Below are positions 34,635 through 43,403 of a DNA stretch of 60,770 nucleotides, one piece after another. Below the pieces are notes generated by a model. That model worked only from the letters and a program-made list of their open reading frames with translations. It was not told the DNA's origin and ran no database searches. Positions within the stretch are counted from its first letter, which is position 1. Every line of letters starts with the position of its first letter. The translations under genes were made by a program, and so were the position numbers. Source of the stretch: an uncultured Planctomycetales bacterium. GTDB taxonomy: Bacteria > Omnitrophota > Gorgyraeia > Aquiviventales > Aquiviventaceae. The stretch lies in contig CAYJTP010000003.1 of the NCBI GenBank assembly GCA_964373175.1, positions 12,177 through 72,946 on the forward strand, in the 5' to 3' direction.

Positions 34635-35765
34635 ATGCAGACCCCAGACACTGACGCCGCACGTTACGCGAGGATCCGCTATCGCCTCCTCCTGCTTGAG
34701 TTGGGCGGGTGGTGCCTTTTTTTGGTCGCCTATCAGGCCGGCGGGGTTTCCAGGGTGGTGGCCACATGGGTTTCCTCGTGGACACCGCACGAGCCCCTGC
34801 AGCTGCTCGGCTACCTTGGAGTGTTTGGAGTCATCTCGTACCTCATCTTTGTTCCGCTCCATCTGTACAGCGGGTTCCTGCTCGAACATCGCTTCGGTCT
34901 CTCCCGTCTGACATTCCCTCGCTGGGTGTGGCGGGAAGCCAAACGCCTTCTGGTGAGCGCAACGTTCAGCCTGGCGCTCTTTGAAGGGTTGTATGCCCTG
35001 TTGCGGTCTGCTCCGAGGAGTTGGCCAGTCTTTGCGACCATCGGATGGGTGGGGGTGAGTGTGGGGCTTGCGCGCGTGTTTCCGACGTGGTTGCTGCCAA
35101 TTTTTTACCAGACGGCCCCAATCAGCGATGAGTCGCTTGGGCAACGGTTGCTTGCGCTCTGTCGGCGGACGAGTCTGCCGGTGCTTGGGGTGTTTCGCGT
35201 GGCCCTCGGCGCGGAGACTCGCAAGGCAAACGCCGCCCTGGCCGGGTTAGGCCGCACGCGGCGGGTGCTGCTCTCTGACACCTTGCTTGAGCACTTCACC
35301 CCTGACGAGATTGAGACGGTGCTGGCGCATGAGCTTGGCCATCATCGGCATCGCCATCTGCTCAAGCTTCTCATCCTCAGCGGCGTTGGCTCCTGGGTCG
35401 CGTTTTCGCTTTTGGCGACAAGCTCAGAGGTTTGGTTAAATCGGCTGGACTTGCATGGCTTAGCGGACATCGCAGGGTTTCCCATCGTGTTGTTGTCGCT
35501 GTCGCTCATGGGCCTGGCGGGCCTGCCGATGCACAATGCGATCTTGCGCCATTTTGAATGGCAGGCGGATCGGTTTGCCGTGACCGTGACCAAGCGGCCA
35601 GCCGCCTTCGCCGGAGCCTTACGCAAATTGGGGGAATTGAACCTCGCCGATCCTCACCCCCCTCGTTGGATCGAATGGTTGTTCTATGATCATCCGCCTA
35701 TTCAGCAACGCATCCAGGCGGCTGAGGCTGCGTCTGCCACTCGCCCCGCCCTTTTGCGCGCTTGA
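34635..35765 (+). CDS. M48 (Ste24/HtpX-like) zinc metallopeptidase
   Basis: N-terminal TM helices and an HELGHHRH zinc motif. The C-terminal codons (..TRPALLRA) come from a palindrome arm. Confidence 0.8.
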   Translation: MQTPDTDAARYARIRYRLLLLELGGWCLFLVAYQAGGVSRVVATWVSSWTPHEPLQLLGYLGVFGVISYLIFVPLHLYSGFLLEHRFGLSRLTFPRWVWREAKRLLVSATFSLALFEGLYALLRSAPRSWPVFATIGWVGVSVGLARVFPTWLLPIFYQTAPISDESLGQRLLALCRRTSLPVLGVFRVALGAETRKANAALAGLGRTRRVLLSDTLLEHFTPDEIETVLAHELGHHRHRHLLKLLILSGVGSWVAFSLLATSSEVWLNRLDLHGLADIAGFPIVLLSLSLMGLAGLPMHNAILRHFEWQADRFAVTVTKRPAAFAGALRKLGELNLADPHPPRWIEWLFYDHPPIQQRIQAAEAASATRPALLRA

Positions 35766-35797
35766 CCTGAAAGGAACGACTGGGCAAAAGAGCGGGG
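35744..35797. repeat. CCCGCCC-TTTTG palindromic element spanning the M48 peptidase stop codon
   Basis: Arms CCCCGCCCTTTTGC / GCAAAAGAGCGGGG (1 mismatch). The stop at 35763-35765 lies in the loop. Confidence 0.75.
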
Positions 35798-35865
35798 TTG
35801 ACGGGGGGAAACATTCACTGTTAGAGTGCATGAAAAAGGAGGTACTGCCTTAAATTGCGATGTCT

Positions 35866-36036
35866 ATACCACAGAACCACAGAACGGCCACAGAAGCCCA
35901 GAGAGATCCCGACGAGGATTCTCTGTGTCTCTGCGCCTGCCCGCCCCTCGTTTACCCGCGGCAGGCAGGGAATTTCCGCCACACTGCTTGGCGGATCCGC
36001 CAAGCTTTTTGGCGGACTGTGTCCTCTGTGGTGTGA
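35866..36036. repeat. composite word-repeat hairpin (CCACAGAA/TTCTGTGG family)
   Basis: Flanked by an 11-bp direct repeat AAAAAGGAGGT (35833-35843 and 36059-36069). Same word family as 37531-37631. Confidence 0.75.
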
Positions 36037-36076
36037 AGCAGGAAATGAAGGCACTACCAAAAAGGAGGTGATACGC

Positions 36077-36391
36077 ATGCTGGCTGAACTTGCAGTGGTG
36101 CCTATTGGCACACCCAGCGCGAGCCTCAGTAGTCTGTTGGCTCAGGTGGCCAGGCTCGTGGATGAGAGCGGCTTGGACTACCGGGTTGGCCCAATGGGGA
36201 CCGCCGTCGAAGGGGAATGGGATCAGGTGATGCAACTGGCCAAACGGTGTCACCAGGCGATGCTGCAACACGTCAGTCGCGTCATGACGACCATTCGGAT
36301 TGACGATCGCACAGATACACCCGGCGTCGGACGCATCACCCAGAAGGTCCAGTCACTTGAAGCCAAAGCGGGAATCCCCCTCAAGAAATAA
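36077..36391 (+). CDS. MTH1187/YkoF-like (UPF0045) thiamine-binding family protein
   Basis: MLAELAVVPIGT...VGPMGTAVEG. 104 aa from ATG 36077, preceded by AAAAAGGAGGT. Confidence 0.75.
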   Translation: MLAELAVVPIGTPSASLSSLLAQVARLVDESGLDYRVGPMGTAVEGEWDQVMQLAKRCHQAMLQHVSRVMTTIRIDDRTDTPGVGRITQKVQSLEAKAGIPLKK

Positions 36392-36395
36392 CGGT

Positions 36396-36674
36396 GTGCT
36401 CGTGACGTCCAAGACCGTTCGCGTCGGTCAGGTTGCCGTCGTTGCCGCCATTGGGTTCCTCAGTTGTGCGCAAAGTCTCCCGGATCACGCGAAGGTTATT
36501 CGGGTCATCGACGGGGACACCATCGAGCTCGCGGATGGACGGCTCGTGCGCTATATCGGGATTGATACGCCGGAGTTTCGACGTTGGGCCCGCCCCCCCG
36601 GCCCGACACCGGCGACAGCCGGGGCGAACGGCGGGCCGGGGCGACTCGCTAGTGCTTCGACAGCATTGACATGA
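36396..36674 (+). pseudogene. truncated thermonuclease (SNase-like) lipoprotein gene
   Basis: A signal/lipobox-like N-terminus, then VIRVIDGDTIEL.DGRLVRYIGIDTPE. The SNase fold then stops and the frame runs into a GC palindrome (36593-36624). No remainder of the domain is seen downstream. Confidence 0.45.
36593..36624. repeat. GC palindrome shared with 26131-26165
   Basis: CCCCCCCGGCCCGACACCGGCGACAGCCGGGG. Sits at the truncation point of the SNase-like ORF. Confidence 0.8.
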
Positions 36675-36701
36675 GGGGTCCAGGGGCTCCATCCTGTCGA
36701 A

Positions 36702-36801
36702 GCAGTCCATAGTCAAGAGTCCATAGTCGATAGTCAGACGAAACAACCAGGACTGCAACTCGTTGTTGGCTATGGACTACAGACTATGGACGATCGACTG
36801 C
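36702..36801. repeat. word-repeat hairpin (CCATAGTC/GACTATGG family)
   Basis: GTCCATAGTCAAGAGTCCATAGTCGATAGTC ... GGCTATGGACTACAGACTATGGAC. Confidence 0.75.
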
Positions 36802-36875
36802 TCCGTCCACGCCCCGCGAGGGTAACTTAGAGTCATGCGGATCGCCCGACTACGCAAATCAAAGTGGACGGAGCA

Positions 36876-37262
36876 CTAGGTGGCTTGTGAGCTGACGAGG
36901 AGTTTGATCAGTTGGCGAAACGTCGGGACGCGACGGACGTTGGCCAAATCCGGGTCCTTCATCAAATACTCGAAGTCGTCGTAGCCAAGCGAGACGGCTC
37001 GACGGAGAGATTCCAGCGCCTCATCGAGACGGCCTAGGAGGCTGTAACTACAGGCCAGGTTGTACCAGGTCACCGCGTCGCTCGCTTTCAGTTGGGCGAG
37101 TTGTTGGTCCACCGCAAGCCCCTTCTCGTACCACCCGCGTCGGGTGTACGCCTCGCCAAGCGCCGTGAGGGCGTCGACGAAATTCGGGTACCGCTGCACG
37201 AGCTGCTCGTAAAAGGCAATCTCGAACTCCAGGATCTCGTGCGATTTCGATGGCTTCGACAT
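36876..37262 (-). CDS. small TPR-repeat protein
   Basis: 128 aa with three TPR-like repeats (ALGEAYTRRGWYEKGLAV..., WYNLACSYSLLGRLDEALE...). Confidence 0.75.
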   Translation of the reverse strand: MSKPSKSHEILEFEIAFYEQLVQRYPNFVDALTALGEAYTRRGWYEKGLAVDQQLAQLKASDAVTWYNLACSYSLLGRLDEALESLRRAVSLGYDDFEYLMKDPDLANVRRVPTFRQLIKLLVSSQAT

Positions 37263-37513
37263 ACGACCTCCTGATATTTCTGGCTATTGTGACAGGCGGT
37301 GACCACTTGTCAAGTGGAGCTCCACCCCGCCACGGCGGGGTGGCACCCTGCAACCACGCCCCGCGTGGGGCGACATCCCGCCCACGCGCACGATGCGGCC
37401 ACGCGGGCCCACGGCCGAAGGCCGTGGCCCGATGGCGGGGTCGACCGCAGGGATGGCCGATCCATGATCCGGCGGACGGATTGGGATCCCAACGGTACCA
37501 TCGCGTCGGTAGT

Positions 37514-37642
37514 GTCCTAATTTCAGCCGTCACACCACAGAAGCACAGAACGCCACGGAGGCACAGAGCGCGTCTTCCTGCAACCGCCTCTGTGTTTCTG
37601 TGGGATTTCGTGTCTCTGTGGTGTCACAGAGCAAGTTAGGAC
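37514..37642. repeat. word-repeat hairpin with 7-bp terminal inverted repeats GTCCTAA/TTAGGAC
   Basis: Flanked by a 14-bp direct repeat GGTACCATCGCGTC (37494-37507 and 37643-37656). Confidence 0.8.
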
Positions 37643-37719
37643 GGTACCATCGCGTCACGGATAGCGGACGGAGCCTTCCCCTTCGAGTATAATAGTATCC
37701 CCAAGTTCCCGACGGAACC

Positions 37720-39177
37720 ATGAGCGCACACGCTTTACGTGACCTCATATTGTCTCAGGTCAAGGCCTTTGCGAAGGCGAAAGGCCTCTCCCTCTATCTG
37801 GTGGGTGGGTTCATTCGCGATGCGCTCCTTGACCGCGACCATCTCCCATCGAATGTGGATTTCGCCATCCCCGCGCATGCCTTGGAAGTCGCCCAGGAAC
37901 TGGCCGCCCGCCTTGGCGGGACGTATGTGTGTTTGGACGACGTCGTCGCGACAGGCCGCGTTGTCGTGTCCACCCCTCAAGAGCGCGTGGAGCTGGATCT
38001 GGCAGATTTCCGGGGCGCGGCGATTACAGATGATCTGGCCCGGCGGGATTTCACGATCAACGCGATGGCGCTGCCCCTGGAGGCATGGCGCGAGGGGTCG
38101 TGGGATCACGCCTCCCTGATCGATCCACTCGGCGGTCAGCACGATCTCGCCCAGCGGCGGTTGCGGGCCTGTTTTGCCGAGACGTTTTTGGAGGATCCCG
38201 TGCGGATTCTACGCGCCGTTCGCTTCGCCGTCGAATACGACGCATCGCTGGACCCCGCGCTCCTGCCGTTGATGGGAACCGCGGCGTCCCGATTGGCCAC
38301 CGTCGCTGGCGAGCGCATTGGTCATGAGCTGTTTGCCGTGTTGCAGACCAACCGCGCTTCCTGGGCGCTCCAGGAACTCAATCGGGCAGGGGTCCTGGAC
38401 GTTCTCTTTCCTGAGCTCCAAGCGGGGCGGGGCGTTGAGCAAGGGGGGTATCACCACTTAGATGTCTTGGACCATCAACTTGAGACAGTTGCCCAATGTG
38501 ATCGCATCCTGACCGATTGTCGAGAGTTTTCCTCCGTCCTTCAAACACCGGTCATGCAGTACTGTGACACCATGGTGGTGGAGGGGCGGTCTCGCAAGGC
38601 GTTGATTAAACTCGGTGGGCTCCTGCATGATGTCGGAAAACCTGGCACCAGACGGGTCAAGGAGGATGGGGAGATTTGGTTCCTTGGCCATGAGCAGTTC
38701 GGGGCCATGCTGGTGGCGACGACGGCTGAACGCCTGCGGCTCTCAAAACGGGAAAGCGAGATGACCCAGCGGCTGGTCCTCTACCATTTGCGGCCCGGGC
38801 ATCTGAGTCGAGAACCCCACCTCACCCCCCGAGCGATCTATCGGTTCTTTCGCGATTTAGGCGACGATGGGCCGGCCTGTCTCTTGCTGTGGTGGGCTGA
38901 TCGGATGGCCACCCGCGGACCCGCCTCGCGGCTCGACCAGATCGATCAACAGCGCGAGCGTCTTGAAGAGCTCCTGCACGCCTATTTCCTCAAACCGGAG
39001 GAAACGATCAAGCCCCCGCGGCTGATTGATGGGCATCAGCTCATGGACGCCCTCGGTCTTGCTGCCGGCCCGCGCGTCGGGCAGCTCCTCCGGGCGATTG
39101 AAGAAGCGCAGGCAGAAGGCACCGTCCACTCCACCCAAGAAGCCCTCTCGTTTGCCAAGTCACTCCTCAACGAGTGA
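37720..39177 (+). CDS. cca: CCA-adding enzyme / poly(A) polymerase family with HD domain
   Basis: LVGGFIRDALL...DFTINAMA head domain followed by HD region LLHDVGKP. Confidence 0.85.
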   Translation: MSAHALRDLILSQVKAFAKAKGLSLYLVGGFIRDALLDRDHLPSNVDFAIPAHALEVAQELAARLGGTYVCLDDVVATGRVVVSTPQERVELDLADFRGAAITDDLARRDFTINAMALPLEAWREGSWDHASLIDPLGGQHDLAQRRLRACFAETFLEDPVRILRAVRFAVEYDASLDPALLPLMGTAASRLATVAGERIGHELFAVLQTNRASWALQELNRAGVLDVLFPELQAGRGVEQGGYHHLDVLDHQLETVAQCDRILTDCREFSSVLQTPVMQYCDTMVVEGRSRKALIKLGGLLHDVGKPGTRRVKEDGEIWFLGHEQFGAMLVATTAERLRLSKRESEMTQRLVLYHLRPGHLSREPHLTPRAIYRFFRDLGDDGPACLLLWWADRMATRGPASRLDQIDQQRERLEELLHAYFLKPEETIKPPRLIDGHQLMDALGLAAGPRVGQLLRAIEEAQAEGTVHSTQEALSFAKSLLNE

Positions 39178-40463
39178 TGACGCCTCCTCGGGGCCCAGCG
39201 CGGTTGATCTGGCTGTGCCGGGCGGCGGCTGTTGGGTTCTGCGTGTCCGGGTTGACGCTGTGTCCCCACGCAGCCTCCGCAGAGCCCCTCGTTGTGGGGA
39301 CGGCCAAACTTGACCTGATCCCTCCGGTGAAGACGCCGCTGGCTGGCTACAGCCGGCGCAAAGGGCGGCTGGCGACCGGCGTCCATGATCCACCCTTTGT
39401 GCGGGTGGTGGCGATCCACGCTGACGACACGACTGTCGCACTGGTGAGTTGCGATCTGCTCGTGATCGACGAACGGCTCTTCGATGCGGTCAAGACCCGG
39501 TTTCAAGCCACCGAACCACACCGGCCGATCCATCTCCTGCTTGCAGCGACCCATACCCACTCCGGTCCTGGAGCCTATGGACAGAAGTGGTTGGAAAAAA
39601 TTTCGATGGGGCACTTTGATCCGGTCGTCTTTGAGTTCCTCGCCTCGCGCATCGCCCAAGCCATTTCCACGGCCTTGGCAAAGATGCAGCCGGTGACCAT
39701 GAGCGATGCCGCGACGATGACCACCGGGTTGGTCACAAACCGCATGCGTCCTGACGGCGTGGTGGATCCTGAGTTGAGCGTCGTCGCATTTCTGGATGCG
39801 CAGCGTAACCCGGTTGCTGTGGTGGTGGATTTCAGCGCCCATCCGACGACGTTGGGAGCCTGGAACACCTTACTGAGCGCAGATTATCCGGGTGTGTTGG
39901 CCCAGCAGATTGAGCAGCGCTATCCAACGTCGGTGTGCCTGTTTCTGGCTGGCGCGGTGGGGGATCAAGGCCCGGTCAAACAGGGAGAGGGGTTCGACCG
40001 GCCCACGTGGCTCGGGACGGAGTTAGCAACGCACGTCTCAGTGTTGGTCGATCAGTCCCATCCAGAGCCTGTGCCGTCAGTCTTCGTGGAGCAGCGCGTC
40101 GTGCGCCTCCCCCCGGCGCATCTTCGCCTCGGATCCGTGTTGCTGCCGTCGTGGTTCAGCCAACCGTTCGTCGATGACGACGCGACGCTCACCGTCATCG
40201 CCATTGGTCCGGTGCTCCTCATGGGTGTCCCGTGTGATTTCAGTGCCGAACTGGGCCTGACGCTCAAATCGTATGCTCGCGAGAAAGGCTTTCGGCCTCT
40301 TGTGGTTGGGTTTGCCAATGACTACATCGGCTACTGCTTGCCAGAACGGTGGTATCGGACGCAGGCGTATGAAGCCATGCTGGCGTTTAATGGCCCGAGG
40401 ACGGGTGAGCTGCTCGTCGAGACGCTCAAGCAGATGATCGATCAACTTGCGAGTGATGAGTGA
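39177..40463 (+). CDS. neutral/alkaline ceramidase-like secreted hydrolase
   Basis: Signal peptide, then GTAKLDLIPPVKTPLAGY...VVAIHADD...ATHTHSGPG. The final codons SDE-stop are word-repeat sequence. Confidence 0.65.
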   Translation: MTPPRGPARLIWLCRAAAVGFCVSGLTLCPHAASAEPLVVGTAKLDLIPPVKTPLAGYSRRKGRLATGVHDPPFVRVVAIHADDTTVALVSCDLLVIDERLFDAVKTRFQATEPHRPIHLLLAATHTHSGPGAYGQKWLEKISMGHFDPVVFEFLASRIAQAISTALAKMQPVTMSDAATMTTGLVTNRMRPDGVVDPELSVVAFLDAQRNPVAVVVDFSAHPTTLGAWNTLLSADYPGVLAQQIEQRYPTSVCLFLAGAVGDQGPVKQGEGFDRPTWLGTELATHVSVLVDQSHPEPVPSVFVEQRVVRLPPAHLRLGSVLLPSWFSQPFVDDDATLTVIAIGPVLLMGVPCDFSAELGLTLKSYAREKGFRPLVVGFANDYIGYCLPERWYRTQAYEAMLAFNGPRTGELLVETLKQMIDQLASDE

Positions 40464-40629
40464 TGAGTGCCCGCCCCCCCGGCCCGCCGAAAGCGTCCGC
40501 CGGGGCGGGCGGCGATCGCCAGAGGCGGGCCGGGGATGAGTGATGAGTGACAAACAGCCTTACGCTATTTATCGTTGGGCGCTCATGATCGTAGTTGCTG
40601 CACTCGTCACTCACCACTCGTCACTCACC
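40451..40629. repeat. word-repeat hairpin (GTGATGA/TCACTCAC family) with GC-palindrome core
   Basis: GAGTGATGAGTGATGAGTG ... GATGAGTGATGAGTGAC ... CTCGTCACTCACCACTCGTCACTCACC. Spans the ceramidase-like stop and the C45 start. Confidence 0.75.
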
Positions 40630-41790
40630 ACGGCGGAAGCTGCTCGCTTGGAAGTCCACGAGGGCTTGCCCGTGGCCTACCTGGAAGGCACCCCCTACGA
40701 ACTGGGATACCAACACGGGCAGCTTCTCAGAGACACGGTCCAACACGCGGTCGCGCAGATCCTGGGATACTTCAGGGGGTATCCGAAGCTTCCCCTGCTC
40801 GGAAGCCTTGCGATCAATTGGTGGCTGGATCGGCCGTGGAAGCAAGCCCTGCCCTTTATCCCGGCGGAGGACCTTGAGGAGCTGCGCGGGCTCGCCGATG
40901 CATCAGGGGTGCCGCTGCGTGAACTCTGGCGCCTCCACGCGATTCCCGATCGTACGTACGCTTGTTCCAGCCTGGCCGTGTGGGGGCAGGCGACCGTCGA
41001 TGGGCGGCTCATCCACACGCGGAATCTCGACTGGAATATCGATGCCGGGATCCAGCGCTACGCGGTCGTCTTTGTCGTCAAACCCAAGGGAAGACACGCG
41101 TATGTGAACCTCGGCTGGGCTGGGTTCATTGGTGTGTTGACTGGCGTCAACGACCAGCGCATTTCGATTGGCCAGGTGGGGGCGGAGACGACGGACTTGT
41201 CGTATCGGGGACTGCCCATGACGTTCGTGATGCGCAAGGCGCTTGAAGAGGCAGGCGGTCTCGATGAGGCGATCCGCGTGATTCAAGCAGCCCCCAGAAC
41301 GGTCGGCGTGAATTATGTCGTGGCTGACGCGAAGGTCCCGAGGGCGGTTGCGATTGAGACGACCCGGCAACTCGTCAGCGTGTTTGGGGCGAATGATCCG
41401 AGGGAACGCGCCGTGTCGTATGCGCGGCCGATCGCGGATTGCGTCTTTCGAGCCGATACCGCCATGGATCCACAGATTCGTGATCGGCAGCTCGCCTCGG
41501 ATGGCAAGCCGAGCATTCCTGGACTTGAACCGCCAGGCGGGTCTGCCTATGAGGTGCGGTATTTAGGCCAAGCGGCGGGAATCTCAGCCCACTATGGCCG
41601 GATCACTGTCCAGGTCGCCACACAGATCGCGAAGACTGTTGCGCCGAGCTCGAACATCCAGAGCGTGATTGTGGCCTGGCCTGAGGTGTGGGTGGCCAAC
41701 GCCCAAGGAACGACGCCCGCAGCTCGGATGACCTACCATCGGCTTGATCTTGAGCAGTTGTTTGCCACGACGCCGGCTACTCGCCAATAA
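40543..41790 (+). CDS. C45-family (acyl-CoA:6-APA acyltransferase-like) Ntn peptidase
   Basis: Signal peptide, then ..[26 protein letters not shown] (nucleophile Cys context). Confidence 0.65.
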   Translation: MSDKQPYAIYRWALMIVVAALVTHHSSLTTAEAARLEVHEGLPVAYLEGTPYELGYQHGQLLRDTVQHAVAQILGYFRGYPKLPLLGSLAINWWLDRPWKQALPFIPAEDLEELRGLADASGVPLRELWRLHAIPDRTYACSSLAVWGQATVDGRLIHTRNLDWNIDAGIQRYAVVFVVKPKGRHAYVNLGWAGFIGVLTGVNDQRISIGQVGAETTDLSYRGLPMTFVMRKALEEAGGLDEAIRVIQAAPRTVGVNYVVADAKVPRAVAIETTRQLVSVFGANDPRERAVSYARPIADCVFRADTAMDPQIRDRQLASDGKPSIPGLEPPGGSAYEVRYLGQAAGISAHYGRITVQVATQIAKTVAPSSNIQSVIVAWPEVWVANAQGTTPAARMTYHRLDLEQLFATTPATRQ

Positions 41791-42190
41791 TCTTCACCAC
41801 GACCCGCTTCTTGCGCTTGCCGTCAAACTCCGCATAGAACACCTGCTCCCATGGGCCAAGATCGAGCTTGCCCCTCGTGATCGGCAGGACCGCCTGGTGA
41901 TGCACGAGGGTGCGTTTGAGGTGGGCGTCGCCGTTATCTTCACCGGTCAGATGGTGCTTGTAGTCGGATCGAAACGGCGCCAGCCGTTCCAGGAGCTCCC
42001 AGAAATCCTGCCACAGCCCCTCTTCGTCGTCATTGACCCAGATGCCCGCGGTGATATGCATCGCGGAGACGAGACAGAAGCCCTCTTGCACGCCACTTCG
42101 CGCGACCAGCTGCTCGACGGTGTCGGTGATGTTGAGCAGATCCCGTCGGGTTTTCGTCTTGAACCAGAGATACTCTGTGAGGTGTCTCAT
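41777..42190 (-). CDS. yjbQ: YjbQ/UPF0047 secondary thiamine-phosphate synthase family protein
   Basis: 137 aa. ...[15 protein letters not shown].. and HLKRTL motifs typical of UPF0047. Confidence 0.85.
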   Translation of the reverse strand: MRHLTEYLWFKTKTRRDLLNITDTVEQLVARSGVQEGFCLVSAMHITAGIWVNDDEEGLWQDFWELLERLAPFRSDYKHHLTGEDNGDAHLKRTLVHHQAVLPITRGKLDLGPWEQVFYAEFDGKRKKRVVVKIIGE

Positions 42191-42250
42191 GACACACCCT
42201 CCTTGTTGAACGGGTTCGGCTGTGTTGCGGAAGACTCAGAGGACCACTCG

Positions 42251-43225
42251 TTACGATGTGGCTTGAGAGGCTGGGGCGGGGCGGGAGGGGGCGAGTTGCG
42301 TCAGTTCGCGCGGGAGGCCGAAATTCACGTCTTCACGAACCAGCTCCAACTCTTCCACACGGGTCGCCCCGAGGCGTTTGAGAGACGTGACGACTTCCTG
42401 CACCAGATGTTCCGGCGCGGATGCCCCTGAGGTCACGCCGACGCAGCGCACCCCCTCAAACCACTGCGGGTTGATCTCCTGGGCGTCATTAATCAGGTAG
42501 GCTTTCCGTCCCACACCTTCGGCAACCTCGGTGAGGCGGATGGAGTTCGAGCTGTTCTTGGCGCCGATCACCAGGATCACTTCGGCTTCTTTGGCGATGG
42601 CCTTGACCGCGTTCTGCCGATTTTGCGTGGCGTAGCAGATGTCATCCTTGGGCGGCATGACGAGCGTGGGAAACCGTTGCCTGAGGACATCGAAGATCGC
42701 TTTGGTGTCATCGACGCTTAAGGTCGTCTGGGTAATGATGGCGACTTTCTCTGGGTTTTGGACCTGCACCTGCTTCGCGTTTTCGACAGTCTGCACGAGC
42801 TGGATCGCCTGGGGCGCTTCCCCGGTGGTTCCGATGACCTCATCGTGCCCGTCGTGGCCCACCAAGAGAATCGAGTAGCCTTCGGAGGCATAGCGGACCG
42901 CTTCGCTGTGGACTTTGGTCACCAAAGGGCAGGTGGCGTCGATCACGCGCAAGCCGCGCGTCTTGGCCAGTTCCCGAACCGCTGGCGCGATCCCATGGGC
43001 GCTGAAGATCGCAATCGCTCCGTGGGGGACCTCATCGAGCTCCTCGACGAACACCGTGCCTTTCTGACGTAGCGCATTGACCACATGGGGGTTGTGGACG
43101 ATCTCTCTGCGCACATAGACCGGCTCCTGGACCTGCTCGAGGGCCCGCTCCACGACCTCAATGGCCCGTTCGACGCCTGCACAGAAGCCGCGCGGCTTCG
43201 CCAAGATGATTTTTTCGAGGGACAT
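42251..43225 (-). CDS. ispH: 4-hydroxy-3-methylbut-2-enyl diphosphate reductase
   Basis: PRGFCAGVERAI...IVHNPHVV...CPLVTKVH. Confidence 0.95.
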   Translation of the reverse strand: MSLEKIILAKPRGFCAGVERAIEVVERALEQVQEPVYVRREIVHNPHVVNALRQKGTVFVEELDEVPHGAIAIFSAHGIAPAVRELAKTRGLRVIDATCPLVTKVHSEAVRYASEGYSILLVGHDGHDEVIGTTGEAPQAIQLVQTVENAKQVQVQNPEKVAIITQTTLSVDDTKAIFDVLRQRFPTLVMPPKDDICYATQNRQNAVKAIAKEAEVILVIGAKNSSNSIRLTEVAEGVGRKAYLINDAQEINPQWFEGVRCVGVTSGASAPEHLVQEVVTSLKRLGATRVEELELVREDVNFGLPRELTQLAPSRPAPASQATS

Positions 43226-43403
43226 GTCGAGCGCTATTATACGCGCTAGGTCGCTCGTCAGGCAAGAAGAACTGTACTGGTTGCTCTAATGAGGAGCGCG
43301 TTGCGACGCGACGTCAGATTGCTTGACGTCAGGTTTCTTCACGAAGGAGGACAGAGGATGAGATGAAGAGAAGGGATGTGTTGCGCGGAGCTGATGAGAG
43401 AGG

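Noticed and set aside
35766-36076. A TPP riboswitch upstream of the thiamine-binding-family gene
   Set aside because: No CUGAGA / ACCUGAUCUGGAUAAUGCCAGCG-like core is present. The region is made of word repeats and palindromes.
43236-43241. A TATAAT box 10 nt upstream of the ispH ATG, which would imply a leaderless mRNA
   Set aside because: There is no convincing -35 at the right distance. A single hexamer is not enough to call a promoter.
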